NCBI GenBank assembly: GCA_903851235.1
Contig: CAINNR010000030.1
Location: forward strand, 13,210-77,209
DNA length: 64,000 nucleotides
Source: an uncultured Candidatus Berkelbacteria bacterium
GTDB lineage: Bacteria > Patescibacteriota > UBA1384 > XYA2-FULL-43-10 > CAINNR01
Direction: 5' to 3'
In this document: one piece after another, positions 38,633 to 48,643 of the stretch
Position numbering within the stretch: position 1 is the first letter of the stretch
How the letters are laid out: each line of letters starts with the position of its first letter
Notes under the pieces: generated by a model
Told to the model about the DNA's origin: nothing
Seen by the model: the letters and a program-made list of their open reading frames with translations, nothing else
Databases searched by the model: none
Position numbers and translations under genes: made by a program

Positions 38633-38687
38633 ATAATTTCAGCAGAATTTCAACTGACAAGTTCAGTATATTAAAAAGGAGAAATAA

Positions 38688-39260
38688 ATGGACACCATTC
38701 TCAGCATCCCCGAAAGGTTTTGGCAACCGATCGCCAATTTTGGTCCGAAAATTCCAACAATCATTATTAGTTTGGTTGTCGGTTATTTTATTATCCAGAT
38801 AATTACCGCTGTCTTGAATCGAGCTTTAAAATTTTCAAAAATGCCACGAGCGTTGATTTCCGTCATCGTATCATTGGCGTTGATTGTAATGTGGGTGGCG
38901 CTCTTTGCTGAAATTGCTAGAGAACTTGGTTTGGGATCGCTGGCAGTTACCATTTCTGGATCGCTGGCAGTTCTGGCCTTGGCATTGGCTTCCGGAGCTT
39001 CCGGGTTGGCGGCTGATATCATCTCCGGCGTATTTTTGGCTCGGGATCCCGACTTTGAAATCGGCTACAAAATAAAAGTTGGCGATGTGATAGGGATTGT
39101 TCACAGCGTTGATATTCGAAAAATCAGGGTTGTTGACGATGCCGGTATTATCTATATTTTTCCAAATGCCAAGTTGGACAAAGAGGGCTGGCAGGTCGTT
39201 TCCCGTGATGTTGCAGACAATAAAATTGATATTAAAAAGTTGTTAAATAAACAGAAATAA
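38688..39260 (+). CDS. small MscS-family mechanosensitive channel (190 aa)
   Basis: TM helices plus beta-domain motif VGDVIGIVHSVDIRKIRVVDDAGIIYIFPN. Confidence 0.7.
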   Translation: MDTILSIPERFWQPIANFGPKIPTIIISLVVGYFIIQIITAVLNRALKFSKMPRALISVIVSLALIVMWVALFAEIARELGLGSLAVTISGSLAVLALALASGASGLAADIISGVFLARDPDFEIGYKIKVGDVIGIVHSVDIRKIRVVDDAGIIYIFPNAKLDKEGWQVVSRDVADNKIDIKKLLNKQK

Positions 39261-39273
39261 AAGGAGAACTAAA

Positions 39274-40482
39274 ATGCCGAAGATTGAGTATGAAAATCCA
39301 AGTGATTTAGAAGCAATAAAGCCGAAAAAGAAACGGGGAAAGTTTGGGTTGATAATATTGATAGTTGTGATTTCATTAATTTTTGGCTCGGTTTCCGGTG
39401 TCGGCAGCATTATTTTGTTGTCAAAAAATAATGGCAGTTTGGCAAAAAAAATCGGTTTTATCAATTGGGACAATTTAACTATCCCGCTGACAGAAACAAA
39501 AAAAATTAATGTTCAAGAATCGAGCGCGATTATCGATAGCGCAAATAAGGTTTCTCCGGCAGTGGTTTCAATCGTCGCTAAATCTCAGGTGCAAACGATT
39601 TTTGGTGATACCTCTCAATCAGAGAGTGCCGGCACTGGTTTTATTATCACTTCTGATGGTTTGATTTTAACCAATAAGCATGTCGTGTCTGATGCCAATG
39701 CAACATATACGGTTATCGCCGCCGACGGCAAAAATTATGACGGCAAAATTCAATCAATCGATCCATTAAATGATTTGGCTGTGGTAAAAATTACTGCCAC
39801 CGGACTTCCGGTGGTTGAGCTTGGCGATTCTGATCAACTTTCAGTCGGCCAGTGGGTGGTGGCAATCGGTAATGCTTTGGGACAATATCAAAACACGGTG
39901 ACTGCCGGAGTGATTTCGGCCAAACAGCGGGATATTCAAGCCAGTGATTCAACTGGTGCAGCAACTGAAAATCTTTCAGGAATGTTGCAAACCGACGCGG
40001 CAATCAACTCCGGAAATTCCGGTGGGCCATTGGTTAATTTGCAAGGCCAGGTTATTGGAATTAACACTGCGGTTGCGTCCGGTGCGCAGGGAATCGGTTT
40101 TGCGATTCCGATCAATGCCGCCAAAAGCGCTATCGATTCAATCAAAAAAACCGGCAAAATTACTCGACCATATCTGGGGATCCGATATCTACCGATTACT
40201 CCGGATATCGCCAAAACCAATAATTTAAAATATGATTACGGCGCACTTGTAGTTCGTGGAAACGGCATCGGACAAGTCGCTGTTGTTCCCGGTAGCCCAG
40301 CCGACAAAGCTGGAATAGTTGAAAATGATATTGTTTTGGAGATTAACGGTGAACGAATTGACAGTACAAACAGTCTAACCTCATTGCTTTCAAAATATAA
40401 CGTAGGCGATACTGTGTCGCTGAAAATCTCTCACGCCGGCAGCGAAAAAACAGTCAAAGTCATGTTGCAATCGATGTCGTAG
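39274..40482 (+). CDS. htrA: HtrA/DegP-family serine protease with PDZ domain
   Basis: Catalytic triad context (TNKHVV, D, GNSGGPLVN) and C-terminal PDZ domain. Confidence 0.9.
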   Translation: MPKIEYENPSDLEAIKPKKKRGKFGLIILIVVISLIFGSVSGVGSIILLSKNNGSLAKKIGFINWDNLTIPLTETKKINVQESSAIIDSANKVSPAVVSIVAKSQVQTIFGDTSQSESAGTGFIITSDGLILTNKHVVSDANATYTVIAADGKNYDGKIQSIDPLNDLAVVKITATGLPVVELGDSDQLSVGQWVVAIGNALGQYQNTVTAGVISAKQRDIQASDSTGAATENLSGMLQTDAAINSGNSGGPLVNLQGQVIGINTAVASGAQGIGFAIPINAAKSAIDSIKKTGKITRPYLGIRYLPITPDIAKTNNLKYDYGALVVRGNGIGQVAVVPGSPADKAGIVENDIVLEINGERIDSTNSLTSLLSKYNVGDTVSLKISHAGSEKTVKVMLQSMS

Positions 40483-40486
40483 TATT

Positions 40487-41320
40487 TTAATTTGATATCC
40501 GAATAAATCTGTTTTTGCCCGAGTAATCTTTCAAAATTTCGATATTTTCAAAATCCTTGGTGGCAGATCGCGCCAGGGATTTTGCGTTTCTCGGATCGAC
40601 TTCGATTAAAATTTGACCGCCATCGGCAAGAAAATTTTTCGCCTCAGATAAAAAATTCTTTATTATCATCTCACCATTATTATCGGCAAAAATCGCCGTT
40701 TGTGGTTCGTGTTTTATTTCCCTGTCACTTGATCCGTCAATCGGAACATAGGGTAAATTGGCAACTATCAAATCAAATTTTCCGCTGATTTTTTCAAAAA
40801 GATTGGATTGGATAAATTCAATTTTAACTTGGTGATTATTGGCATTTTTTCTGGCTACTATCAATGCTTTTTTAGAAACATCGGATGCGAAAAAAATGGC
40901 GGTTGGCAGATTACAATTGGTGGCAATCGAGATAATTATATTTCCACTACCGCTGCCAATATCGAGAACAGTTTGTGGTTTGTGATTGGAAGTTTGTAGA
41001 AAATCCAAACATTTCTCGACCAGCAGTTCCGTTTCCGGCCTTGGAATCAAAACATCTGGTGTCAACAAAAAATCCAAACCAAAAAATTCCTTATGGCCGG
41101 TAATATAGGCGATCGGCTCGTGCAGCTTCCGCCTGGCGACCAATTTGCTTAGATCATCAACTTCAATATCCGATAATTCATATTCGGGATGCGCCAATAA
41201 AAATTCTCGCGATTTTCCGCTTGCGAATTCCAACAAAATTCTTGCATCAATCTCCGCCGACAAAATTCCGGCGGATTTTAATATATCGGTAGAGTTTTTT
41301 AATAGTTTCGATATTGACAT
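40487..41320 (-). CDS. prmC: release-factor glutamine N5-methyltransferase PrmC/HemK
   Basis: SAM motif LDIGSGSG. DLIVANLPYV is the NPPY-type motif. Lies downstream of prfA. Confidence 0.85.
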   Translation of the reverse strand: MSISKLLKNSTDILKSAGILSAEIDARILLEFASGKSREFLLAHPEYELSDIEVDDLSKLVARRKLHEPIAYITGHKEFFGLDFLLTPDVLIPRPETELLVEKCLDFLQTSNHKPQTVLDIGSGSGNIIISIATNCNLPTAIFFASDVSKKALIVARKNANNHQVKIEFIQSNLFEKISGKFDLIVANLPYVPIDGSSDREIKHEPQTAIFADNNGEMIIKNFLSEAKNFLADGGQILIEVDPRNAKSLARSATKDFENIEILKDYSGKNRFIRISN

Positions 41321-41382
41321 TTTTTACTACAATTGATATAAACAAAGTAGTCGAAACATCCTGCTGTGTCCGGAGGGGACAG

Positions 41383-41658
41383 ATGAATCGAGTAGTTGGT
41401 GTTTTGCAAAGAAACGATGAAAATGGTCTCTATGGAATTTTATTGGATCAGGATACCAGCCTCTGGTTATGTATTAGCCATTTCTTTGCACCAATGTACT
41501 TGGCATTCCTTGATAGAACGCTTCTGGGGAGGAAAGTTGAGCTGATTTATCCGATCAATCCTTTGAAGAATAGCAGACCGGAAAAAACTGCTATCCGACT
41601 GACTGTTGTGCCTGATGATACGCCAAATTGCTCTGGAGAAGAGTATATTGAGGATTGA
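41383..41658 (+). CDS. hypothetical protein (91 aa) on the opposite strand between prfA and prmC
   Basis: GGAGGGG RBS 4 nt before the ATG. Strong terminator immediately downstream. No family recognised. Confidence 0.5.
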   Translation: MNRVVGVLQRNDENGLYGILLDQDTSLWLCISHFFAPMYLAFLDRTLLGRKVELIYPINPLKNSRPEKTAIRLTVVPDDTPNCSGEEYIED

Positions 41659-41666
41659 ACTTACAT

Positions 41667-41690
41667 GACCGCCAAATAGGCGGTCTTTTT
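41667..41690 (+). terminator. intrinsic terminator GACCGCCaaataGGCGGTC followed by TTTTT (plus orientation)
   Basis: 7-bp GC stem followed by a T-run. The T-run overlaps the prfA stop codon on the opposite strand. Confidence 0.65.
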
Positions 41691-42753
41691 AGTTCTTTTC
41701 AGCCAGCAATCTTTTTCGATCTTCGGAAATTAGAGCGGAAATTATCGGTTCTATGTCACCAGCCAAAATTTTTGGAATTCCGTGCCAACTTAGGTTAACA
41801 CGATGGTCGGTAATTCTATCTTGGGGAAAATTATAAGTTCTAATTTTTTCCGATCGATCGCCGGTGCCGATTTGTGATCGACGAGTATCGCCAAGTTCCT
41901 TTTGCTTCTTCTCATCTTCAGCCGCTAAAAGTCGTGAACGCAAAATCGACATCGCCTTGGTTTTATTTTTCAATTGTGATTTTTCGTCTTGACAGGTTAC
42001 GACCATCCCGGTTGGCAAATAGGTAATTCGAACCGCCGAATCGGTGGTATTAACTGACTGTCCGCCTGGCCCGGAGGAGCGAAAAACATCAATTCTAATA
42101 TCCCCAGCTTTAATTTCAATATCCTGTTCTTCGGCTTCCGGCAAAACGGCGACGGTAATCGTTGAGGTGTGAATTCTGCCGGCTTTCTCTGTTTCCGGAA
42201 CACGTTGGACTCGATGAACACCGGATTCGTACTTCATTTTGGAATAGACTTTGTCACCGGAAATTGAAAAGGTCAGCGATTTGATTCCACCAATGCTGGA
42301 ATTTTGAGCGTCTAAAATTTCAATCTTCCAACCCTGTTTTTCGGCGTAACGCGAGTACATACGGAAAATTTCGCTGCCAAAAAGTTCCGATTCGTCACCG
42401 CCAGCCGCCGGCCGAATCTCAATGAGTACATTTTTTTCGTCATTCGGATCTTTCGGGATTAATAGCAGTTCCATCTCTTTTTCCAATTCGGTTTTTTGCG
42501 CTCTTAAATTCGGTAGTTCTTCGGCGGCGATTTCTCGAAATTCTTCATCTTCGCCATTTTGGAATTCCTCATTTTCACGAATATTTTTCACAAGCGCCAA
42601 ATAGCGCTCAATCTTTCTGGCATCGTTTTCTAAATCGGCTTTTTGTTTTGATAATTGCGAAAGTTTTTCGCTATCGGAAAGATTAGCCGGATCGGAAAGT
42701 TCCTTTTCCAGCTGTTTAAAATCTGCCAATAATTTTTCGAGTTTTTCTTTCAT
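41689..42753 (-). CDS. prfA: peptide chain release factor 1
   Basis: GGQ motif ([23 protein letters not shown]) and PxT-type recognition region. Confidence 0.95.
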   Translation of the reverse strand: MKEKLEKLLADFKQLEKELSDPANLSDSEKLSQLSKQKADLENDARKIERYLALVKNIRENEEFQNGEDEEFREIAAEELPNLRAQKTELEKEMELLLIPKDPNDEKNVLIEIRPAAGGDESELFGSEIFRMYSRYAEKQGWKIEILDAQNSSIGGIKSLTFSISGDKVYSKMKYESGVHRVQRVPETEKAGRIHTSTITVAVLPEAEEQDIEIKAGDIRIDVFRSSGPGGQSVNTTDSAVRITYLPTGMVVTCQDEKSQLKNKTKAMSILRSRLLAAEDEKKQKELGDTRRSQIGTGDRSEKIRTYNFPQDRITDHRVNLSWHGIPKILAGDIEPIISALISEDRKRLLAEKN

Positions 42754-42810
42754 AATTTATAAAAATCCAGATTGATTTCTCTTTCTGGATTTATTATATC
42801 GTAAAAACAG

Positions 42811-43050
42811 TTATTTATCTGCGGTTTTGGTTTTTGCTTCCCTGAATTTGGTTGCGGCTTCTTGCCTTGCGCGGAATTTATCAATTCGGCCGGCGGTGTC
42901 CATCAGCTTTTCTTTGCCGGTGAAAAACGGATGACATTGTGAACAAATTTCAACTTGAATTTCCGGCACCGTGGCGCCAACTTCAAAAGTATTCCCGCAT
43001 GAGCAGGTAACTTTGGCTTTATGATATTGTGGGTGAATGTCTTTTTTCAT
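42811..43050 (-). CDS. rpmE: 50S ribosomal protein L31
   Basis: [10 protein letters not shown]...CSCGNTFEV...[11 protein letters not shown]. Confidence 0.9.
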   Translation of the reverse strand: MKKDIHPQYHKAKVTCSCGNTFEVGATVPEIQVEICSQCHPFFTGKEKLMDTAGRIDKFRARQEAATKFREAKTKTADK

Positions 43051-43085
43051 AACAAAATAATGATATCATTAGTTGAAAAAAAAAT

Positions 43086-43111
43086 CAAGCCACCGGTCGG
43101 TTGATGGCTTG
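43086..43111 (-). terminator. intrinsic terminator (minus orientation) after the 43137-43361 gene
   Basis: CAAGCCAccggtcggttgaTGGCTTG followed by a T-run on the minus strand. Confidence 0.5.
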
Positions 43112-43136
43112 TGGACAGAAGCTGCCGGTGTCAGGA

Positions 43137-43361
43137 TTATTCCAGTCGCGATGCAATGACCAAGCCGACGGCGATAGCGAAGTTGTCAGCGGTGAATTCC
43201 GAGATATCGATTCCGAAGAGTTGCGCTGTCGCGGTGTAGTAAGTCTTTGACCAATCGAGGATTTCTCTGTGTTTCTCCGAAGTGATCTTTGAATCCAAAT
43301 TTGATCGTAACATTATTTTAGCCTGATCCAGAATCATGGCAAAAAAATCAGCTGGGTGCAT
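43137..43361 (-). CDS. small hypothetical protein (74 aa)
   Basis: GGAGG RBS 7 nt before the ATG. Has its own terminator. Confidence 0.45.
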   Translation of the reverse strand: MHPADFFAMILDQAKIMLRSNLDSKITSEKHREILDWSKTYYTATAQLFGIDISEFTADNFAIAVGLVIASRLE

Positions 43362-43479
43362 TTCGATACCTCCACCGGCGGAATAAGATAGCGATTAAAC
43401 CTTATCAAACTATTGAACTTTTTTCAAGACTGTGATAGAGTTTTATTGATAAGCAAAGTATTTATTAAATCACACACTT

Positions 43480-43573
43480 CTCTCAATATCCTTGTCCCAA
43501 TTGGGGATTAATGTGAAGTGGAGGATCCCACTATGCCCGAAGAGCTATGTGGGACTAAAGAAGGAGAATTTTA
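43480..43573 (+). promoter_or_regulatory. structured 5' leader of rpsB (candidate S2 autoregulatory leader)
   Basis: CCCAATTGGG palindrome. Long-range GTCCCA...TGGGAC pairing immediately upstream of the AAGGAG RBS. Confidence 0.25.
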
Positions 43574-44281
43574 ATGGAATCACCGACCCTTCGCGAGATG
43601 CTCGCAGCCGGAGTCCATTTTGGTCACAAGCGGGCCAGATGGAATCCAAAAATGGAGGAGTTTATTTTTGCGACCAAAAATGGCGTTTCGATCATCAACT
43701 TGGAAAAAACCAAAATGATGTTGGATAAAGCTTTACAAGCTGTAACCGACGAAATCAAAGCCGGCAAAAATCTGGTTTTTGTCACCAGCAAGCGTCAAGC
43801 GCGAGAAATTGTTAAAGCGGCGGCCGAGAGTTGTGGTATGCCATACGTTGTTGAGAAATGGCGTGGAGGAACTTTGACCAACTATGCCGTGGTTTCAAGA
43901 AACTTCAAAACTCTAAAATCGCTAAATGATCAGATCGCTAGCTCCGATTTTGCAAAAATTTCAAATATCGAACAAAACAAAGTTAAGGAAAAAGCGGCGA
44001 AACTGGAACGGATTTTTGGCGGACTTGCCGAATTAAAAAAACAGCCGGACATTCTTTTCCTTATCGGTGCTCACGATGAACAGATCGCGCTTAAAGAGGC
44101 AAAAAATCAGGGAATCAAGGTTGTCGCTTTGGTAGATACGAATGCCGATCCCAGGGAAATTGATTGGCCGATTCCGGCCAATGATGATGCGACAAAATCA
44201 ATTAAAATAATCGTTGATACTTTTGCAAAAGCAATCGCCGAAGTTAAACCGAAAGCAAATTCGGTTAATGAGTCGAATTAA
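43574..44281 (+). CDS. rpsB: 30S ribosomal protein S2
   Basis: MLAAGVHFGHKRARWNPKM ... conserved S2 core. Confidence 0.95.
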   Translation: MESPTLREMLAAGVHFGHKRARWNPKMEEFIFATKNGVSIINLEKTKMMLDKALQAVTDEIKAGKNLVFVTSKRQAREIVKAAAESCGMPYVVEKWRGGTLTNYAVVSRNFKTLKSLNDQIASSDFAKISNIEQNKVKEKAAKLERIFGGLAELKKQPDILFLIGAHDEQIALKEAKNQGIKVVALVDTNADPREIDWPIPANDDATKSIKIIVDTFAKAIAEVKPKANSVNESN

Positions 44282-44306
44282 CCAATAAGACTAATTTGGA
44301 GGTTAT

Positions 44307-44897
44307 ATGGAAATTACAGCTAAAGAAATTGCCGCCTTTCGAACTAAAACCGGTTTGCCAATGATGGAAGTTAAAGCGGCCCTAATTGAAGCTGATGGCA
44401 ATGAAGAAAAAGCTATCGAAATACTGCGCAAAAAAGGTCTGGCAAAATCGGAGAAAAGAGCTGATCGGGCGACGGCAAACGGTCTAATCGATTCCTATGT
44501 CCATGCCGGCCGAATTGGTGTTCTGACCGAAGTTCTTTGTGAAACTGATTTTGTAGCGAAAAACGATGATTTCAAAAACTTTGCTCACGAAATTTCTTTG
44601 CAAATTGTCGCAACCGCTCCGAAATATTTGAAATCGGATGAAATTCCGCTTGAGGAAATTGAAGCTGAAAAGAAAATTTATCAAGAGCTTGTAAAAGAAT
44701 CCGGCAAGCCGGAAAATATCATCAGCAAAATAGTTGACGGGAAAGTTGAAACATATTTTGCCCAGGTCTGTTTGTTAAACCAGGCGTATTTTCGCGATCC
44801 CAAAATGACAGTCTCGGACTTGTTAAATGAGTTTACTGCTAAAACCGGTGAGAAAATTGTGATTTCTCGCTTTGTAAGATTTGATCTTGCTTGCTAA
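44307..44897 (+). CDS. tsf: elongation factor Ts (short form)
   Basis: ITAKEIAAFRTKTGLPMMEVKAAL and LCETDFVAKNDDF. Confidence 0.9.
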   Translation: MEITAKEIAAFRTKTGLPMMEVKAALIEADGNEEKAIEILRKKGLAKSEKRADRATANGLIDSYVHAGRIGVLTEVLCETDFVAKNDDFKNFAHEISLQIVATAPKYLKSDEIPLEEIEAEKKIYQELVKESGKPENIISKIVDGKVETYFAQVCLLNQAYFRDPKMTVSDLLNEFTAKTGEKIVISRFVRFDLAC

Positions 44898-44956
44898 GAT
44901 GAAACTGAAAGCGAATTAGATGAATAGAGCTTATCGGACTAATTGGAGGTAGACAT

Positions 44957-45514
44957 ATGATAAAAGAAATCATCAAATCAATCGAGCCGAAAATGAACGG
45001 CGCAATTATTAATTTTGAGTCGGATTTGAAAAATATTCGCACCGGTAGGGCTAGCGCCGGATTAGTGGAAGATATTATCGTCTCCTACTATGGCGCAAAT
45101 ACTCCACTCAAGCAGATGGCTTCAATTTCTGTTCCGGAGCCGACAATGCTCGCGGTTACACCATGGGACAAGCAATCTTTGGGTGATATCGAGGTGGCGA
45201 TTAAAAATGCCGATCTTGGACTTTCAATTGTTAATGACGGCAACGCTGTTCGAATTTCTCTGCCGCCGTTAACCGGCGAACGCCGAGAAGAGTTGTCACG
45301 TCAAGCGCAAAAATTAGCCGAAGCTGTTCGAGTATCAGTTCGAAATATTCGTGGCGAGGCTTGGGAGCAAATTCAAAATTCCCTTAAGAACAAGGCGATT
45401 TCAGAAGATGAAAAATATCGCGGAGAAAAGGAATTAAACGAATTGATTGATCGAAAAAATAAAGAAATTGAAGGGATCGTTGCGACAAAAATTTCTGAAT
45501 TAAAAACTATATAG
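44957..45514 (+). CDS. frr: ribosome recycling factor
   Basis: Typical RRF sequence. Follows tsf directly with no pyrH between them. Confidence 0.95.
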   Translation: MIKEIIKSIEPKMNGAIINFESDLKNIRTGRASAGLVEDIIVSYYGANTPLKQMASISVPEPTMLAVTPWDKQSLGDIEVAIKNADLGLSIVNDGNAVRISLPPLTGERREELSRQAQKLAEAVRVSVRNIRGEAWEQIQNSLKNKAISEDEKYRGEKELNELIDRKNKEIEGIVATKISELKTI

Positions 45515-45597
45515 TCTATAAACTGAGAGATTAGCATGACGGATGTAGAACAAATCACAAATTTTCAAATTAACTGTAAATCGTCATTTAGATTATC

Positions 45598-46692
45598 ATG
45601 ACATTTCTTACTATAATAATCTTCATTTTTATTCTCGGGCTCTTGGTTTTTGTCCACGAGCTAGGTCATTTTGTCGCCGCCAAATTAGCGAAAATTAAAG
45701 TCGAGGAATTTGCTTTCGGTTTTCCGCCAAGAATTTGGTCAAAGAAAAAAGGTGAGACAGTATATTCAATCAACGCAATTCCAATCGGCGGCTATGTCAA
45801 AATGCTTGGTGAGGCCGAGGAAAGTCAGAGTAAAAGATCTTATTCTCAAAAGAAACCCGGCGTTCGGGCGGCGGTTTCAATCGCCGGTGTTTTAATGAAT
45901 GTTGTTTTGGCTTGGTTAATTTTAACCGTTGGATTTGCTGTTGGCATGTCACCGTTGGTTTCCTCGCCGGATTCAATTCCCGGCAAAAAACTTTCTTCAT
46001 CAATTATTGTTGCCGGAGTAGATGATAAATCGCCAGCTTCAGTTGCTGGGCTAGAATCCGGCGACATTTTGATTTCCGCTTCCGCTCAAGGAGAGCAATC
46101 AACGATTTTTGACAGTGCGACAGCGGTGACAAATTTTACTCAATCACATGACGGGAAAAAAATTGAATTGGTTTACAAGCGCGACGGTGTTGAAAAGTTG
46201 GCGGATATAACTCTTGCCGAAAGCGGTTTGAGCCCGCTGGGGATTTCAATGGTTGAAAATTCGGTTGTCAGAACTTCTTGGTATTGGTCGCCAGTTGTCG
46301 CGTTCCGCGAAATTATTCGAATTATCAATATCAATCTTGTTTTCTTAAAATCATTTTTTGCTCAGCTTTTTTCTCACGGACAAATTTCCAGTCAGGTTGG
46401 CGGCCCGGTGGCAATTTACATCTTCACTGGCATGGCGGTCAAAGCCGGAGCGATGGTGGTTTTGCAATTTATCGCTATTTTATCAATCAGCTTGGCGCTA
46501 ATAAACATTTTGCCATTTCCAGCCCTTGATGGCGGGCGTTTACTATTCATCATCTTGGAGAAAATTTTCCGCCGAAAAGTTGTTAACGACAATGTTGAAA
46601 ATATAATTCACACTATCGGTTTTGCTCTCATCATTCTGTTTGCCGTGATTGTCACCTATAAGGACATAATCAACCTGATTATCAAAAAATGA
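45598..46692 (+). CDS. rseP: RIP site-2 zinc metalloprotease RseP (M50) with PDZ
   Basis: HELGHFVAAK, PDZ insertion and C-terminal LNxLPxxxLDGG. Confidence 0.85.
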   Translation: MTFLTIIIFIFILGLLVFVHELGHFVAAKLAKIKVEEFAFGFPPRIWSKKKGETVYSINAIPIGGYVKMLGEAEESQSKRSYSQKKPGVRAAVSIAGVLMNVVLAWLILTVGFAVGMSPLVSSPDSIPGKKLSSSIIVAGVDDKSPASVAGLESGDILISASAQGEQSTIFDSATAVTNFTQSHDGKKIELVYKRDGVEKLADITLAESGLSPLGISMVENSVVRTSWYWSPVVAFREIIRIININLVFLKSFFAQLFSHGQISSQVGGPVAIYIFTGMAVKAGAMVVLQFIAILSISLALINILPFPALDGGRLLFIILEKIFRRKVVNDNVENIIHTIGFALIILFAVIVTYKDIINLIIKK

Positions 46693-46790
46693 CGCTGATT
46701 TGCCGTTGTCCTCGGACCAGTTTAAGACCCGACTGATGCTGAAATAAATTCAGCATGACAATTTGTCCATCGTTAATATATAATAAATTT

Positions 46791-48002
46791 ATGAAAGCCT
46801 CAAAATTTTTATTGAAAACTCAAAAAGAGTTGCCGCGTGACGCCGATTCGGTTAACGCCAGTTTTTTAGTCCGTGCCGGCTATGTCCAGAAACAGATGGC
46901 CGGAGTTTATGCGCTTTTGCCCCTAGGATTTCGGGTTTATCAAAAGATTGAAAATATTGTTCGTGAAGAGATGAACAGAATTGATGGACAAGAACTTTTA
47001 ATGAATGTACTGCAAACTAAGGAACTTTGGCAGGAAACCGGTCGCTGGGACAAGGTTGAAGAGGTGATGTACCGTGTTGGTAATGACATCGGCTTGGCGC
47101 CAACTCATGAAGAGCAAATCACCGACATTGTCAGAAAAAAAATTTCATCATATAAAGATTTACCACTATCGCTCTATCAAATTCAAGTAAAGTTTCGCAA
47201 CGAACCGCGTGCCAAATCTGGACTTTTACGCGGTCGTGAATTTTTGATGAAAGATATGTACAGCTTTCATGCTAATGAAAAGGATTTCAAAAAGTACTAT
47301 AAAAGTGTTGCCGAGGCTTACGATAAAATCTTTGACAGAATTGGACTGGAGACAAAATTTGTTGCCGCCAGTGGTGGAATGTTTTCAGACTATTCGGATG
47401 AATTTCAGGTTATTTGTCAAACCGGAGAAGACACGATATATTTTTGCCAAAATTGCGATTTTGCTGAAAATGCTGAAATTTCCAAAATTAAAGCCGGCGA
47501 TAAATGTCCGAAATGCAACGGCACTATCAAAGAGGAAAAAGCGATTGAGGTTGGGAATATTTTTCCCCTTGGAACAAAATATTCGAAATCAATGGGAGCC
47601 AAATTCTTGGACGCCGATGGCAAAGAACAAAATATGATAATGGGTTGCTACGGGCTTGGTTTGACTCGAACGTTGGCAACTTTAGTCGAGGTTTATTACG
47701 ACCAGCAAAATTCGAAAATGATATGGCCAAAATCGGTCGCGCCGTTTGTGGTTGAAATTATTTCTCTGAACAAAAATATTGAAGCGGAAAAACTTTATGA
47801 AGAGCTGTTAGATAAAAATATCGAAGTATTGTATGATGATCGGGAAATTTCTGCCGGAGAGAAATTTGCCGATGCTGATCTGGTCGGTGCGCCGATCCGA
47901 ATTATTATCTCAGAGAAGTCTATTGCCGCCGGTGGTATTGAAATTATTCACAATTCAAAAACTGAAATTGTTTCTATTTCCGAAATATATACGAAACTCT
48001 AA
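46791..48002 (+). CDS. proS: prolyl-tRNA synthetase (compact form)
   Basis: Class II motifs (FRNEPRAKSGLLRGREFLMKDMYSFH) and anticodon-binding domain. TATAAT 6 nt upstream of ATG at 46791. The 46755 start is an extension. Confidence 0.9.
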   Translation: MKASKFLLKTQKELPRDADSVNASFLVRAGYVQKQMAGVYALLPLGFRVYQKIENIVREEMNRIDGQELLMNVLQTKELWQETGRWDKVEEVMYRVGNDIGLAPTHEEQITDIVRKKISSYKDLPLSLYQIQVKFRNEPRAKSGLLRGREFLMKDMYSFHANEKDFKKYYKSVAEAYDKIFDRIGLETKFVAASGGMFSDYSDEFQVICQTGEDTIYFCQNCDFAENAEISKIKAGDKCPKCNGTIKEEKAIEVGNIFPLGTKYSKSMGAKFLDADGKEQNMIMGCYGLGLTRTLATLVEVYYDQQNSKMIWPKSVAPFVVEIISLNKNIEAEKLYEELLDKNIEVLYDDREISAGEKFADADLVGAPIRIIISEKSIAAGGIEIIHNSKTEIVSISEIYTKL

Positions 48003-48125
48003 TTTTTCTCTTTAGCTCAATCATTGACCTAATAAATTTGAAAATATTTGATTAATCTTTTTCACTTCCGTACTTTTCAGTCTGGAAGTAAAAACTGAAC
48101 CTTTGAGTTTGGTATTTATAAAAAA

Positions 48126-48147
48126 CGCGACTCAGTTATGGGTCGCG
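48126..48147 (-). terminator. intrinsic terminator (minus orientation) after the lipoprotein gene
   Basis: CGCGACtcagttatggGTCGCG followed by a T-run on the minus strand. Confidence 0.5.
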
Positions 48148-48159
48148 CAATAGTTGTGA

Positions 48160-48582
48160 TTACTTTTTACTGTCAGATTTCACTGTAGGTGCTTCTGCGG
48201 TCGGTGTTTCAAATTTTGGAAAATCAGATGCTTTAATTGCTATCCTAACACGGAAATCTGGGTCATTCGGTTGACAAACTTGCAGCCTTACCACGAACAC
48301 TGTGTCGTTAACCTTAATACTTTTGTCCCCAGTTACCTCCCAATGGCAAAATCCGTCTTTGTCGGCAACAATTATCTTGTACAGTCCAGTTGAATTGATT
48401 GGCACTGATCCTCGGGCAACGACTCCAGCAAGAATTGTCGATGATTTAGCAATGTCCGGCAGGAAATTGGTCTGACCCTCAAGCCTCTCTGGACCTCTGG
48501 ACAAACGCATGGTAAAATGGCAACCAGCAGAACACGTCATGATAGTAGCAATAACTGCCAAAACCAAGTAGCAACGCTTCAT
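48160..48582 (-). CDS. putative secreted lipoprotein (140 aa)
   Basis: Signal peptide ending in the lipobox-like SAGC. GGAGGG upstream. No family recognised. Confidence 0.5.
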   Translation of the reverse strand: MKRCYLVLAVIATIMTCSAGCHFTMRLSRGPERLEGQTNFLPDIAKSSTILAGVVARGSVPINSTGLYKIIVADKDGFCHWEVTGDKSIKVNDTVFVVRLQVCQPNDPDFRVRIAIKASDFPKFETPTAEAPTVKSDSKK

Positions 48583-48643
48583 GGTAGGTCGCTCCCTCCA
48601 ATGTAGTTGAAGACTAAGAATAATATATACTTATTTATTTAAA

